DNA of 64,000 nt from Campylobacterales bacterium (lineage in GTDB: Bacteria; Campylobacterota; Campylobacteria; Campylobacterales; Sulfurimonadaceae): positions 37,742-101,741 of the forward strand of contig JBBRBK010000003.1 of the NCBI GenBank assembly GCA_038205935.1. The letters are read 5' to 3'. Position numbers and translations under genes: made by a program. This document shows, in pieces, positions 10,432-20,075 of the stretch. Under the pieces are notes generated by a model that searched no databases, was not told the DNA's origin, and was given only the letters and a program-made list of their open reading frames with translations. How positions within the stretch are numbered: position 1 is the first letter of the stretch; every line of letters starts with the position of its first letter.

Positions 10432-10557
10432 TTTGGCTTATATGGACCGCCTGCCATAATATTTTATAATGCTAATGGAGAACATTTAAAAAATAAAAAT
10501 GTTATTGGATATAAAAGCGCTGAGTCTTTTGTAGATCATATAAAATCTATTCATTAA
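10432..10557 (+). pseudogene. dsbD: C-terminal remnant of a DsbD-like thioredoxin domain
   Basis: Hand translation FGLYGPPAIIFYNANGEHLKNKNVIGYKSAESFVDHIKSIH*; no start codon or upstream domains. Confidence 0.7.
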
Positions 10558-10707
10558 AAAATCAACAAGCAAGAGCGAAACCAAAAGTTAATACAGCGTT
10601 GAGTTGTTAATGCTTTAAGGGAATAGCTCTATTCTTGAAAATCTCCAGATTATCTTATCGTTCTCAAGCTCCCTCTTTCAAATCATTGGTGTCGTTCCAA
10701 AAAATAT

Positions 10708-11058
10708 TTATGATCGAATACCTAATTTTTCAAGAAGGAAGATGACGCTGTAATAAGCAAAAATGGTCATCGAGATAGCAATAAACATACTTGGATAAAA
10801 TCCAAAACCTTTTTTTATTAAGATTGGAAAAGCTATAAATAGTGTCATTGATGGGACAATGAGCCAAACAACATTGTTTGAAAACTCTACTGCTTTCACA
10901 CTGCTATTCGTATCTACATACATCCATGTCATGGCCAATATAGAGACCAAAGGAATAGCCGCCAATATAGCACCTGCCAAACTGTTTCGCTTCGCTATCT
11001 CAGAGATTAATACAATTAAAAATGTTGTGATAAGCAACTTTGCAATATAGTAAATCAA
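10708..11058 (-). CDS. DUF3147-like membrane protein
   Basis: ISEIAKR..LAGA.LAAIPLVSILA motif. Confidence 0.75.
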   Translation of the reverse strand: MIYYIAKLLITTFLIVLISEIAKRNSLAGAILAAIPLVSILAMTWMYVDTNSSVKAVEFSNNVVWLIVPSMTLFIAFPILIKKGFGFYPSMFIAISMTIFAYYSVIFLLEKLGIRS

Positions 11059-11253
11059 TAGTTCTCCATTTTATTAAATTGACGTACTTTATCTTAGTAC
11101 ACTTAATCAAGAATAAAAAGAAAATCATAAAATAACCTTTTTCATAAAACCCAACTCATCATCATCACAAATCGCGGAAGTCGTTTCACAGCGACATCTG
11201 TAAAAACAGACTAAATTCTGCATCATTATCTCCATTTAGCTATAATTTCGCCA

Positions 11254-13236
11254 ATGAAAAACAAACCAAATTTTATCGTCTCATCAAAATATTCTCCAGC
11301 GGGAGACCAACCGACAGCCATTAAAGCCTTAAGTGATTCTATCCTTCAAGGCAACCGTTACCAAGCGCTTGAGGGCGTGACAGGAAGCGGTAAAACCTAC
11401 ACTATGGCGAAGGTTATAGAGAATGTGAAGATGCCGACCATCATCATGACTCATAACAAAACTTTAGCGGCTCAGCTCTATAGTGAGTTTCGTAACTTCT
11501 TTCCAAACAATCATGTTGAGTATTTTGTAAGTTATTATGATTATTATCAGCCGGAGGCTTACATTCCTCGCCAAGATCTTTTCATAGAAAAAGACAGTGC
11601 TATCAATGAAGAATTAGAACGCCTTCGCCTCTCATGTACGGCAAATTTGCTTAGTTATGATGATGTCATCGTTATCGCCTCAGTTTCTGCAAACTATGGT
11701 TTGGGTGATCCTGAAGAGTACCTCAAAATGGTGCAAGCCATTACCATCGGCGACTCGATAAGCCAGAAAAAACTGCTACTTCGACTTGTGGAGATGGGTT
11801 ACACCAGAAATGACAGCTACTTTGACAGCGGACATATCCGTGTGAGCGGCGATGTTATCGATATCTATCCACCCTACTTTGAAGATGAGGCTGTTCGCAT
11901 AGAGTTTTTTGGCGATGAAGTCGAGGCTATCTATAAATTTAGCGTTCTTGAAAATAAACGTGTCGAGGACTTTAAAAACGTTAATATCTATGCGACAAGT
12001 CAGTTTAGCGTTACTCAAGATCGTCTTTCCGTCGCGATCAAACGGATAGAAGATGAACTTGACGAGAGACTCGACTTTCTTTTAAAAGAGGACAGACTCG
12101 TTGAAGCACAACGTCTCAAACAGCGTGTAGAGTTTGACTTAGAAATGCTTCAGACTACGGGAATGTGTAAGGGAATCGAGAACTATTCAAGACTTTTGAC
12201 AGATAAAAAAGCGGGCGAAGCTCCTTTTACACTGCTTGATTATTTTGAGTCAAGACATAAAGAGTATCTTGTCATCGTGGATGAATCACACGTTAGTTTA
12301 CCGCAGTTTCGTGGGATGTACGCGGGTGATCGAGCCAGAAAAGAGGTACTTGTTGAGTATGGCTTTCGTCTTCCGAGTGCCTTGGACAATCGTCCTCTCA
12401 AGCTTGATGAGTACATCGTCAAATCGCCTCATTACCTTTTTGTTTCAGCAACACCATCGGCGTATGAGCTTGAACTTTCCGCTGTAAAAGCAGATCAAAT
12501 TATCCGTCCCACCGGACTTCTTGATCCGATTATCGAGATCAAACCACTTGATAATCAAGTCGAAGATATCCATGATGAGATCAAAAAGATCACCGCTAAA
12601 AATGAACGTGTTCTTATCACTGTTTTGACAAAAAAGATGGCTGAAGCTCTTACTAAATATCTTGCTGATTTGGGTATCAAAATCCAATACATGCACTCTG
12701 AAATCGATACTATTGAGCGTAACCAGATCATCCGTTCTTTACGCGTTGGAGAGTTTGACGTACTTGTGGGAATCAACCTTCTTCGTGAGGGTTTAGACTT
12801 ACCAGAAGTCAGTTTAGTCGCGATCTTGGATGCGGATAAAGAAGGATTTTTACGAAGTGAAACAGCACTTGTCCAGACCATCGGGCGTGCTGCGAGAAAC
12901 TCAAATGGACGCGTTATTCTTTATGCAAACAAAATCACAGGCTCGATGCAAAGAGCGATGGATAAAACAAAAGACAGACGTGCGCACCAAGAGGAGTTTA
13001 ACAAGCTCCACGGTATCACGCCGACTACCACCATACGCAAACTCGATGAAAATCTCCGCCTTGAAGATCATGGTGATTTGTATGAAAAACACAAAAAACT
13101 TGATAAGATTCCAGCTGGTGAACGCAAAAAGATAATCCAAGATTTGACAGAACGTATGAAAAAAGCAGCGCGTGAACTCGAGTTTGAGGAAGCTGCGCGA
13201 TTACGCGATGAGATAACAAAGATCAAAAAACTTTAA
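11254..13236 (+). CDS. uvrB: Excinuclease ABC subunit B
   Basis: [33 protein letters not shown]-terminal UVR domain. Confidence 0.98.
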   Translation: MKNKPNFIVSSKYSPAGDQPTAIKALSDSILQGNRYQALEGVTGSGKTYTMAKVIENVKMPTIIMTHNKTLAAQLYSEFRNFFPNNHVEYFVSYYDYYQPEAYIPRQDLFIEKDSAINEELERLRLSCTANLLSYDDVIVIASVSANYGLGDPEEYLKMVQAITIGDSISQKKLLLRLVEMGYTRNDSYFDSGHIRVSGDVIDIYPPYFEDEAVRIEFFGDEVEAIYKFSVLENKRVEDFKNVNIYATSQFSVTQDRLSVAIKRIEDELDERLDFLLKEDRLVEAQRLKQRVEFDLEMLQTTGMCKGIENYSRLLTDKKAGEAPFTLLDYFESRHKEYLVIVDESHVSLPQFRGMYAGDRARKEVLVEYGFRLPSALDNRPLKLDEYIVKSPHYLFVSATPSAYELELSAVKADQIIRPTGLLDPIIEIKPLDNQVEDIHDEIKKITAKNERVLITVLTKKMAEALTKYLADLGIKIQYMHSEIDTIERNQIIRSLRVGEFDVLVGINLLREGLDLPEVSLVAILDADKEGFLRSETALVQTIGRAARNSNGRVILYANKITGSMQRAMDKTKDRRAHQEEFNKLHGITPTTTIRKLDENLRLEDHGDLYEKHKKLDKIPAGERKKIIQDLTERMKKAARELEFEEAARLRDEITKIKKL

Positions 13237-13245
13237 GGCAAAAGC

Positions 13246-13276
13246 CTTACATGCAAAGTGCCCTTTGGGCGTAAAG
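13246..13276 (+). mobile_element. 18-bp mini-element inserted in the TTACATGTAA palindrome (copy 1)
   Basis: CTTACAT[GCAAAGTGCCCTTTGGGC]GTAAAG; insert 13253-13270. Confidence 0.75.
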
Positions 13277-13284
13277 GAAAAAAA

Positions 13285-13851
13285 ATGGAAGATATGTTAA
13301 CAAATATAACGACTTACGGATATATAGGATTGTTTTTATACTCACTTGGCGGCGGTTTTGTTGCACTAATGGCGGCGGCTGTTTTGTCATACATGGGCAA
13401 GATGGATTTGGCAACTTCGATGGCCATTGCATTTACTGCGAATGTCCTCGGTGACAATCTCCTTCTCTATGTAGCACGTAACCAAAAAGCTGAGATGCAC
13501 GGATACCTCAAAAAACACCGTAGAAAACTTGCTCTTGCGCATATCATGATGAAAAGATACGGCTCTTGGATTATCTTGATTCAAAAGTTTATCTACGGTA
13601 TCAAAACGCTCATCCCAATCGCAATCGGTCTTACAAAATATGACGTGAAAAAGTTTACTATGTTAAACATCTTGTCAGCAATCCCTTGGACTTTGATTGT
13701 AGGTTTTGGAAGCTACTACTTTGGTCACGCAATAGAAAATCTCTATAACATTGTCGTTGCTAAACCATATATCGCCGTTATAGTCGTCGGTGGAATATTT
13801 GGATTTTTATGGCTGTATATGTCGATAGCTACGAAGAAAAAAGTGAAGTAG
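13285..13851 (+). CDS. DedA family membrane protein
   Basis: LGDNLLLYVAR, KFIYGIKT motifs; ATG 13285 preferred because the upstream GTG lies inside the repeat. Confidence 0.85.
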   Translation: MEDMLTNITTYGYIGLFLYSLGGGFVALMAAAVLSYMGKMDLATSMAIAFTANVLGDNLLLYVARNQKAEMHGYLKKHRRKLALAHIMMKRYGSWIILIQKFIYGIKTLIPIAIGLTKYDVKKFTMLNILSAIPWTLIVGFGSYYFGHAIENLYNIVVAKPYIAVIVVGGIFGFLWLYMSIATKKKVK

Positions 13852-13865
13852 AAGATAACTATTGA

Positions 13866-14540
13866 TTACTTAGGAACAAACAATCCAATTATGTTTAATA
13901 CAATGGCAATCAAAGCCATAAGCAGGCTCAACTCTGCAGCATTTTTTTTAAAAAAACCTTCCTCTTCACTAATTTGAATCACTGCTGAAGAGAGTAGTTT
14001 TCCTCTAAAAAAATACAGAATAGCAAGTGTTACTGTTATTGAAATCCATGCGATTACTACAGATTTATTTAAAGACACATTTTTTGGTAAAACAATCATT
14101 ATCATACTAGGTATAAATGTAAACAAATACAATATCCATCCAATTGGTGCAGAAAAAAACCAGTTATACCAAAGTTGGTGTGATTTTATAAATGAATATA
14201 CAATTTCTATGGCACCTGCACACCACGCTTCTGTTTCTGCATACACAGTAACATCTGCAAGACTATTTGTAATTGAACTTGTTCTAACTGAAACACGACG
14301 TTCATTTTGAGACATACGAAATGAAAATTTAGTTATACGTCCTTTTAAATGAGCATATTGTTTTAACTCCTCAAAATTGTCAAATTCTAATGTTTCTAAT
14401 AATAATTTTATTTCGATATTACAATAAATTCTTTCAGAACTATCAAATAATGTAGATAATCTATCCCATAAAACACCAAACTCGTCTATATCAATCAAAA
14501 AGGCAGGCAATCTTTTAGTACGCGTGATTTCTCTTTTCAT
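13866..14540 (-). CDS. Hypothetical membrane protein, AT-rich orphan
   Basis: 224 aa; soluble N-terminal half and about 3 C-terminal TMs. Confidence 0.7.
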   Translation of the reverse strand: MKREITRTKRLPAFLIDIDEFGVLWDRLSTLFDSSERIYCNIEIKLLLETLEFDNFEELKQYAHLKGRITKFSFRMSQNERRVSVRTSSITNSLADVTVYAETEAWCAGAIEIVYSFIKSHQLWYNWFFSAPIGWILYLFTFIPSMIMIVLPKNVSLNKSVVIAWISITVTLAILYFFRGKLLSSAVIQISEEEGFFKKNAAELSLLMALIAIVLNIIGLFVPK

Positions 14541-14595
14541 TTTATATCCACTACAAAGATAAATTGTACGTATTATATCCCATTAATTTTTCTAT

Positions 14596-14771
14596 GTCTA
14601 ACGAAAAGTTTATGCGTCAGTTGCAACATCTGCAGAGCCAAGAAATAGGAAAAGAATGACGTGAAGAAAATGCAACTGTTTGAGAGAACATAGTGAACGA
14701 GTTTTGCATTTTTAGGAATGGATTTACTATTTCTTGGGAACTTGACGCAGTCAAGCTCGAAGCCGTTGCAA
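14596..14771 (-). repeat. Long imperfect inverted repeat, attC-like
   Basis: Minus strand TTGCAACG...CGTTAGAC; nested arms TGCGTCA/TGACGCA, CCAAGAAATAG/CTATTTCTTGG, AAAATGCAA/TTGCATTTT. Confidence 0.55.
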
Positions 14772-14781
14772 GAGCTTTTTG

Positions 14782-14807
14782 GTACTTTTTTGCGAAGAAA
14801 AAAGTAC
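14782..14807. repeat. Perfect 10-bp hairpin with GCGAAG loop
   Basis: GTACTTTTTT-GCGAAG-AAAAAAGTAC. Confidence 0.7.
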
Positions 14808-14815
14808 ATTAAAAC

Positions 14816-14846
14816 CTTTACATGCGAAGTGCCCTTTGGGTGTAAG
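14816..14846 (+). mobile_element. 18-bp mini-element in palindrome (copy 2)
   Basis: CTTTACAT[GCGAAGTGCCCTTTGGGT]GTAAG; insert 14824-14841. Confidence 0.75.
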
Positions 14847-14847
14847 T

Positions 14848-14892
14848 TAAAAAAAGAGGAAAGTTCCAAAAGAAAAAATCTTTTGGAACTTT
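14848..14892 (-). terminator. Intrinsic terminator of icd
   Basis: AAAGTTCCAAAAGA/TCTTTTGGAACTTT stem with T-rich tail on the minus strand, just after the icd stop. Confidence 0.7.
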
Positions 14893-14904
14893 AAAAAAGA
14901 AAGA

Positions 14905-17112
14905 TTATATAGAATCGATGATCGCGTTAAGTGTCGCACTTGGGCGCATAGCAGCATTTGCTTTTGCAGCATTTGGATGGTAGTAACCACCAATATCTTG
15001 CGCCGTGCCAGCTGTTGCACCTAACTCAGCAATAATTTTAGCTTCGTTATTTTTCAACGATGCAGCAATTGGTGCAAATTTAGCTGCAATTGCAGCATCT
15101 TTTGTTTGCTTCGCTAAAGCGTCTGCCCAGTACTGCGCAACAAAGAAGTGACTTGCTCTGTTATCTGGCTCGCCAGCTTTGCGTGAAGGTGATTTGTCAT
15201 TGTCAAGGTAACCAGCATTTGCAACGTCAAGTGCTTCTGTTACAGCTTCCAATGCCGGAGTATTGTGTTTCTTAGCAATAAATCTGAGTGACTCAGCAAG
15301 TGCCAAGAATTCACCAAGTGAATCCCAACGAAGGTGACCCTCTTCTAAAAATTGGTCAACGTGTTTAGGAGCAGATCCGCCCGCACCAGTTTCAAATAGA
15401 CCGCCACCAGCAAGTAATGGAACGATTGAAAGCATTTTTGCAGATGTTCCAAGTTCTAGAATTGGGAAAAGGTCAGTTAAGTAATCACGTAAAACGTTAC
15501 CAGTTGCTGAAATAGTGTTTTGTCCCGCTCTTACACGCTTAAGAGAGAATGCCATCGCTTTTTCAGGAGCCATAATATGGTACTCGATTCCAGTTTTATC
15601 AAATTCTGGAAGGGTTGCTTTTACTTTTTCGATGATTTTTGCATCGTGAGCACGATTTTCATCTAACCAGAAAATAACAGGCACTTTTTCGATCTCACCA
15701 CGTTCAACTGCAAGGCGAACCCAGTCTTTGATCGGGATATCTTTTGCACGAGACATTCTCCAAATATCGCCTTTTTCGACAACGAAGCTCATAAGTTCAC
15801 CGCTTGCATCTGTTACAGTTACAGTACCATTTTCTTCGATTTCAAAAGTTGTTGGGTGAGAACCGTACTCTTCAGCTTTTTGAGCCATCAAACCAACATT
15901 TGATACAGAACCCATTGTTGTTACGTCAAACTGACCGTTTTTCTTACAATCTTCAACGATTTCAGAATACATAGTTGCATAACAACGATCTGGAATAGTG
16001 ATAACACACTCTTGCACTTTTCCAGCTGGATTCCACATTTTACCGCCATCACGTACAACAACTGGAAGTGAAGCATCGATGATAACGTCATTTGAAGCGT
16101 GTAAGTTAGTGATCCCTTTATCAGAATCAACCATTGCCATTGCAGGTTGCGCAGCATAAACTGCAGTCATAGCATCGTTAATCTCTTTTTGTTTATCAGC
16201 TGGAAGTTTTTCCATTTTTTTGTAAAGATCGCCAAGACCTAAGTTCGGGTTAAAACCGATAGCTTTAAAATCATCTGCAAATTTTGCAAATACATCTTCA
16301 AAAAATACACAAACAGCGTGACCAAACATGATAGGATCACTTACTTTCATCATAGTCGCTTTTAAGTGAATAGACCAAAGAATATTTTTCTCTTTTGCTT
16401 CTGCAATAGATGAAGCTAGAAAAGAACGTAATGCTTTTGCGCTTAAGAATGTTCCATCAAGAACTTCTTTATCAAAAGCGTTGATTTCTTTTAAAACTTT
16501 ACCATTTAAAGAGATAGTTACTTTACCATCACCATTTTTGATGATTGATTGCTCATTTGCATAGAAGTCACCCTCAGTCATGTGAGCAACACGAGTTTGC
16601 GCACCTTCATTCCATGCACGAAGTTTGTGTGGATTTTTCTTAGCAAAGTTTTTAACTGCAACTGCAGCGCGTCTGTCAGAGTTACCCTCACGTAAAACTG
16701 GATTAACAGCAGAACCAAGACATGCAGAAAATCTTTCTTTTAATGCTTTTTCAGCATCAGTTTGAGGATCTTCAGGATAATTAGGGATATCGTATCCTTG
16801 TGATTGAAGCTCAGCAATCGCTTCTTTTAACTGAGGAATAGAAGCAGAGATATTTGGAAGCTTGATAATGTTACCTTCGGGTTGTGTTGCCACTTCACCT
16901 AAGTATGCAAGTTCATCAGCAATTTTTTGCTCTTGCGTCAAATTGTCAGGAAAGTTAGCGATGATTCTTCCAGCAAGAGAAATATCTCTTGGCTCAACCT
17001 CTACGCCAGCTTCTTTAACGAAAGCTTTAACTATTGGTAAAAGTGAATATGTAGCTAAAGCTGGTGCTTCATCTATAACAGACCAGATGATCGTTGGTGT
17101 TGATTGTGCCAT
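14905..17112 (-). CDS. icd: Monomeric NADP-dependent isocitrate dehydrogenase
   Basis: DEAPALAT, KLPNISAS, HLKATMMKVSDP, ETGAGGSAPKH; 735 aa. Confidence 0.97.
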   Translation of the reverse strand: MAQSTPTIIWSVIDEAPALATYSLLPIVKAFVKEAGVEVEPRDISLAGRIIANFPDNLTQEQKIADELAYLGEVATQPEGNIIKLPNISASIPQLKEAIAELQSQGYDIPNYPEDPQTDAEKALKERFSACLGSAVNPVLREGNSDRRAAVAVKNFAKKNPHKLRAWNEGAQTRVAHMTEGDFYANEQSIIKNGDGKVTISLNGKVLKEINAFDKEVLDGTFLSAKALRSFLASSIAEAKEKNILWSIHLKATMMKVSDPIMFGHAVCVFFEDVFAKFADDFKAIGFNPNLGLGDLYKKMEKLPADKQKEINDAMTAVYAAQPAMAMVDSDKGITNLHASNDVIIDASLPVVVRDGGKMWNPAGKVQECVITIPDRCYATMYSEIVEDCKKNGQFDVTTMGSVSNVGLMAQKAEEYGSHPTTFEIEENGTVTVTDASGELMSFVVEKGDIWRMSRAKDIPIKDWVRLAVERGEIEKVPVIFWLDENRAHDAKIIEKVKATLPEFDKTGIEYHIMAPEKAMAFSLKRVRAGQNTISATGNVLRDYLTDLFPILELGTSAKMLSIVPLLAGGGLFETGAGGSAPKHVDQFLEEGHLRWDSLGEFLALAESLRFIAKKHNTPALEAVTEALDVANAGYLDNDKSPSRKAGEPDNRASHFFVAQYWADALAKQTKDAAIAAKFAPIAASLKNNEAKIIAELGATAGTAQDIGGYYHPNAAKANAAMRPSATLNAIIDSI

Positions 17113-17278
17113 GGTGACTCCTAAATCAGATTTTTGAAATTGGAGTATCTTAACATAGTTTTATCTCACAACTTTGAAATAGATTTCAATCTTGTAGCAA
17201 TAAGATAAACATGTGTATAAAAGTAACAAATAGCTATTTATAACTGTTTCATTATTACACACTAATTAAAAATAGCTT

Positions 17279-17290
17279 CTTACATGTAAG
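17279..17290. repeat. Highly iterated palindrome CTTACATGTAAG, representative copy
   Basis: Perfect 12-mers at 17279, 26049, 31595, 35217, 48769; TACATGTA cores also at 243, 1212, 4567, 19828, 29968, 30073, 34994, 37971, 42778, 42895, 61414, 63973. Confidence 0.85.
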
Positions 17291-18620
17291 CAAATAAAAT
17301 AAATAAAAGGGCAGCGATTCCTCCGGAGATAAGAGCATAAGGTAGTTGAGTCTTTACATGTTCTACGATATCGCATTCACTAGCCATGGCAGAGATAATC
17401 GTCGTATCGGAGATAGGTGAGCAGTGATCTCCAAAAACGCCTCCAGATATCACAGCGCCCATCACAAGGGGAATATCAGCTCCCATAGCAGCCGCCATCG
17501 GCAATGCAATAGGTGTCATAATGCTAAACGTTCCCCAAGAAGTCCCCGTGGAAAAAGAGATTATAGAAGCAAGAATAAAAATAACAAAAGCTAAAAAGTG
17601 GACTGATAAAATATGAGAAACAAATGAAGCCAAATAAGCGCCAGTTTTAAGTTCGCTTGTTACGTCACCAATCGCAAATGCAAAAAGTAAAATTGATGCG
17701 ATTGGTATCATCTTTTTCACACCTATGTATGAAAGATGTAGACTTTTTTTAAGTCCCATCGCACCATCAATTTTATAATAAAAAATCGTTATAAAAGTCG
17801 TAGAAAGCATCGTATAAAAGATAGAACTTGAACCACTTCCCTTTAAAATATCACCATTACCGGTAATGGCTAAAAAAATAAAAACAAAAACAATCATCAA
17901 AAGGATCGGATAAAACATATGCCCGATTTTTCCTGACTTATTATGCTTATAATGATCGTGAACAATAGTAGCATTTTTCATAGGACCGATCTCAATGTTA
18001 AACCATATCATCAAAAATGTCACGACTAGTGCCGCCATCGCGTAGAAATTATATGCAATCGATGAGATCAAAATATCAATTCCATTGCCAACGATGACAC
18101 CTGCTAAAATCTGTGTAGAGATAAGTCCTAAAAGCAAAGCGCCCCAGCCATTGACAGCTATGAGTGAACATACAGGCGCTGAAGTAGAATCACATACGAA
18201 AGCAAGTTTTGCGCGAGAGACCCCAAAGCTGTCTGTAAGTGGTCGACTTACCGTTCCCGCAACAAGCGAAGTGATAGAAGACTCAACAAAGATTACGATA
18301 CCAATGGCATACGCCAAAAGTAAAGAGCCTCTTGCTGATTTGATGATGGAATGTTTTTTTTGTACAAAATGGATAAATCCACCAATACCACCAGAGTTTT
18401 CTATTAACGTGATAATGGAGCCTACAAGAAGAGCAAATCCAAGTGTTTTTAGTATCCAGCCTTGTGAAAGAAGAGTTGTAAAAAGTGAAAAAGTTGCACC
18501 AATCATGCTCACAATTGAGAATTCATTGAGGATAAAGAGACCAAGGAGAATGCCACCAAACAGCGATATTAAAACATTACGTGTGTAAAGGGCTAAAGAA
18601 ATAGCCAATAAAGGAGGCAA
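17280..18620 (-). CDS. NhaC-family Na+/H+ antiporter / transporter
   Basis: DSTSAP, GTSWGT, GGVFGDHCSPISDTT motifs; start uncertain. Confidence 0.88.
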   Translation of the reverse strand: MPPLLAISLALYTRNVLISLFGGILLGLFILNEFSIVSMIGATFSLFTTLLSQGWILKTLGFALLVGSIITLIENSGGIGGFIHFVQKKHSIIKSARGSLLLAYAIGIVIFVESSITSLVAGTVSRPLTDSFGVSRAKLAFVCDSTSAPVCSLIAVNGWGALLLGLISTQILAGVIVGNGIDILISSIAYNFYAMAALVVTFLMIWFNIEIGPMKNATIVHDHYKHNKSGKIGHMFYPILLMIVFVFIFLAITGNGDILKGSGSSSIFYTMLSTTFITIFYYKIDGAMGLKKSLHLSYIGVKKMIPIASILLFAFAIGDVTSELKTGAYLASFVSHILSVHFLAFVIFILASIISFSTGTSWGTFSIMTPIALPMAAAMGADIPLVMGAVISGGVFGDHCSPISDTTIISAMASECDIVEHVKTQLPYALISGGIAALLFILFAYM

Positions 18621-18648
18621 GACACTGAAGTAATCTATCTCCGTGCCT

Positions 18649-19275
18649 TTATAAATGAAATTCTAAAAGAACAACGCCGCTTCGGCCAAAATTCTCTTTA
18701 AAGACTTCACACTTTTTCTCATCAATTACTTTAAAACCTAGTTTTTTGTATACTAGAAGAATGTCTGCAGACCCTATATCGACCATTGTATGGACAATTC
18801 GATAACCTTTTAGGCTCGCTGTAAGTAAACTTTTTTTGAGCAATTCTCTCACTATAAGCAGATCACTATATCCATCTTTTTCTATAAGAAAATCAAGCAT
18901 CCAAGTTCGTTTATCTGTTTGAAATGAACAAAGTGAAACCATAGAAGCGTTCTCTTCATACTTTTCACTAGCACCCAACTCTTCAAGCGCTTTACTTAGT
19001 AATTCAGAGGTTGCAATTCTAGGCTCATAATTACACAGAGTTCCCACAGCTTCAGCGTCAATATCTGCAATTAAGAAGTTAGAATAATGACAATATGCTT
19101 TAATCTCAGAAGTAATCAACTTTTCAAGCATACCTAACATGTGTTCATCATCATTTACTTCAAAAATGAGATCAAATAGACCAATATTTTTTCCGGCTCT
19201 CGAACTTTTTAACATACATAAAGCTAAAAATTTTGAATCAGCGGGAATTGCTTTTCTTACTTCAATTTTTTTCAT
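18649..19275 (-). CDS. GNAT-fold acetyltransferase-like protein
   Basis: N-terminal VRKA..D and C-terminal YKKLGF. Confidence 0.65.
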   Translation of the reverse strand: MKKIEVRKAIPADSKFLALCMLKSSRAGKNIGLFDLIFEVNDDEHMLGMLEKLITSEIKAYCHYSNFLIADIDAEAVGTLCNYEPRIATSELLSKALEELGASEKYEENASMVSLCSFQTDKRTWMLDFLIEKDGYSDLLIVRELLKKSLLTASLKGYRIVHTMVDIGSADILLVYKKLGFKVIDEKKCEVFKENFGRSGVVLLEFHL

Positions 19276-19322
19276 TTGCTACACTTTATATTTTTTAAAT
19301 CTTGCTAATAGTATCATACTTT

Positions 19323-20024
19323 ATGATAAAAGTTTTCTTAATCTTATTGGCTATGAGTGCCAACCTACTATATGCCCGCCAAGTTGTTTTAGTTGTAAGT
19401 GATAATTTCAACACTACAAAAGCAAAAATGTACTGTTTTGAAAACGGAATGATCATATTTCAAAATATTGATGTCAATCTCGGAAGAAATGGTTTAGCGT
19501 GGGATATGCTTGATAAAACTTTCTCACATGTAGCAGATCAGCCCATGAAACAAGAAGGAGATGGAAAATCACCAGCAGGTGTTTTTGCACTCACTTCGAG
19601 TTTTGGATATGAAGCTCATACTTTTTTACTTCCTTATCATAGCAGTACATCTGAGGATATCTGCGTTGATGATAGTAACTCAACGCTTTACAATTCCCTT
19701 GTTACGATGCCATCCGTAAAACCAAATAGTTTTGAATATATGAAACGTGAAGATGGACAGTATGAAATAGGCGTTGTTGTTGATTATAATCCTAAGAAAA
19801 TCAGAAATAGAGGTTCTTGCATATTTTTACATGTACAAAAAGAGCTCAATCATCCAACAGCTGGATGTACATCTATGGATTATGAAGATCTCTATAAGCT
19901 CTTAACCTGGCTTGATATCTCCAAAAAACCTATTTTAGTACAGATTACAAAAGAGTATCTTGATGAAGTCATTAATAAGTTCACAGATATTCCTGACTTT
20001 ATAAAATGTAATACTAAAAGATAA
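19323..20024 (+). CDS. L,D-transpeptidase (YkuD-like) family exported protein
   Basis: EGDGKSPAG, GSCIFLH, PTAGC; signal peptide from ATG 19323. Confidence 0.8.
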   Translation: MIKVFLILLAMSANLLYARQVVLVVSDNFNTTKAKMYCFENGMIIFQNIDVNLGRNGLAWDMLDKTFSHVADQPMKQEGDGKSPAGVFALTSSFGYEAHTFLLPYHSSTSEDICVDDSNSTLYNSLVTMPSVKPNSFEYMKREDGQYEIGVVVDYNPKKIRNRGSCIFLHVQKELNHPTAGCTSMDYEDLYKLLTWLDISKKPILVQITKEYLDEVINKFTDIPDFIKCNTKR

Positions 20025-20075
20025 ACGTACTTTTAGTTTTGTAGCGTTATCATATTCAAAATGAAGGAGTTTCTT

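Noticed and set aside
10560..10705. Possible IS remnant
   Set aside because: No terminal repeats or transposase-like translation that I could recognise.
13258..13284. N-terminal extension MPFGRKGKK on DedA
   Set aside because: The GTG start lies inside the 18-bp element; ATG 13285 has its own AAGGA RBS.
14573..14869. 98-aa ORF on the minus strand
   Set aside because: It runs through the terminator, mini-element and inverted repeat and has no protein-like features.
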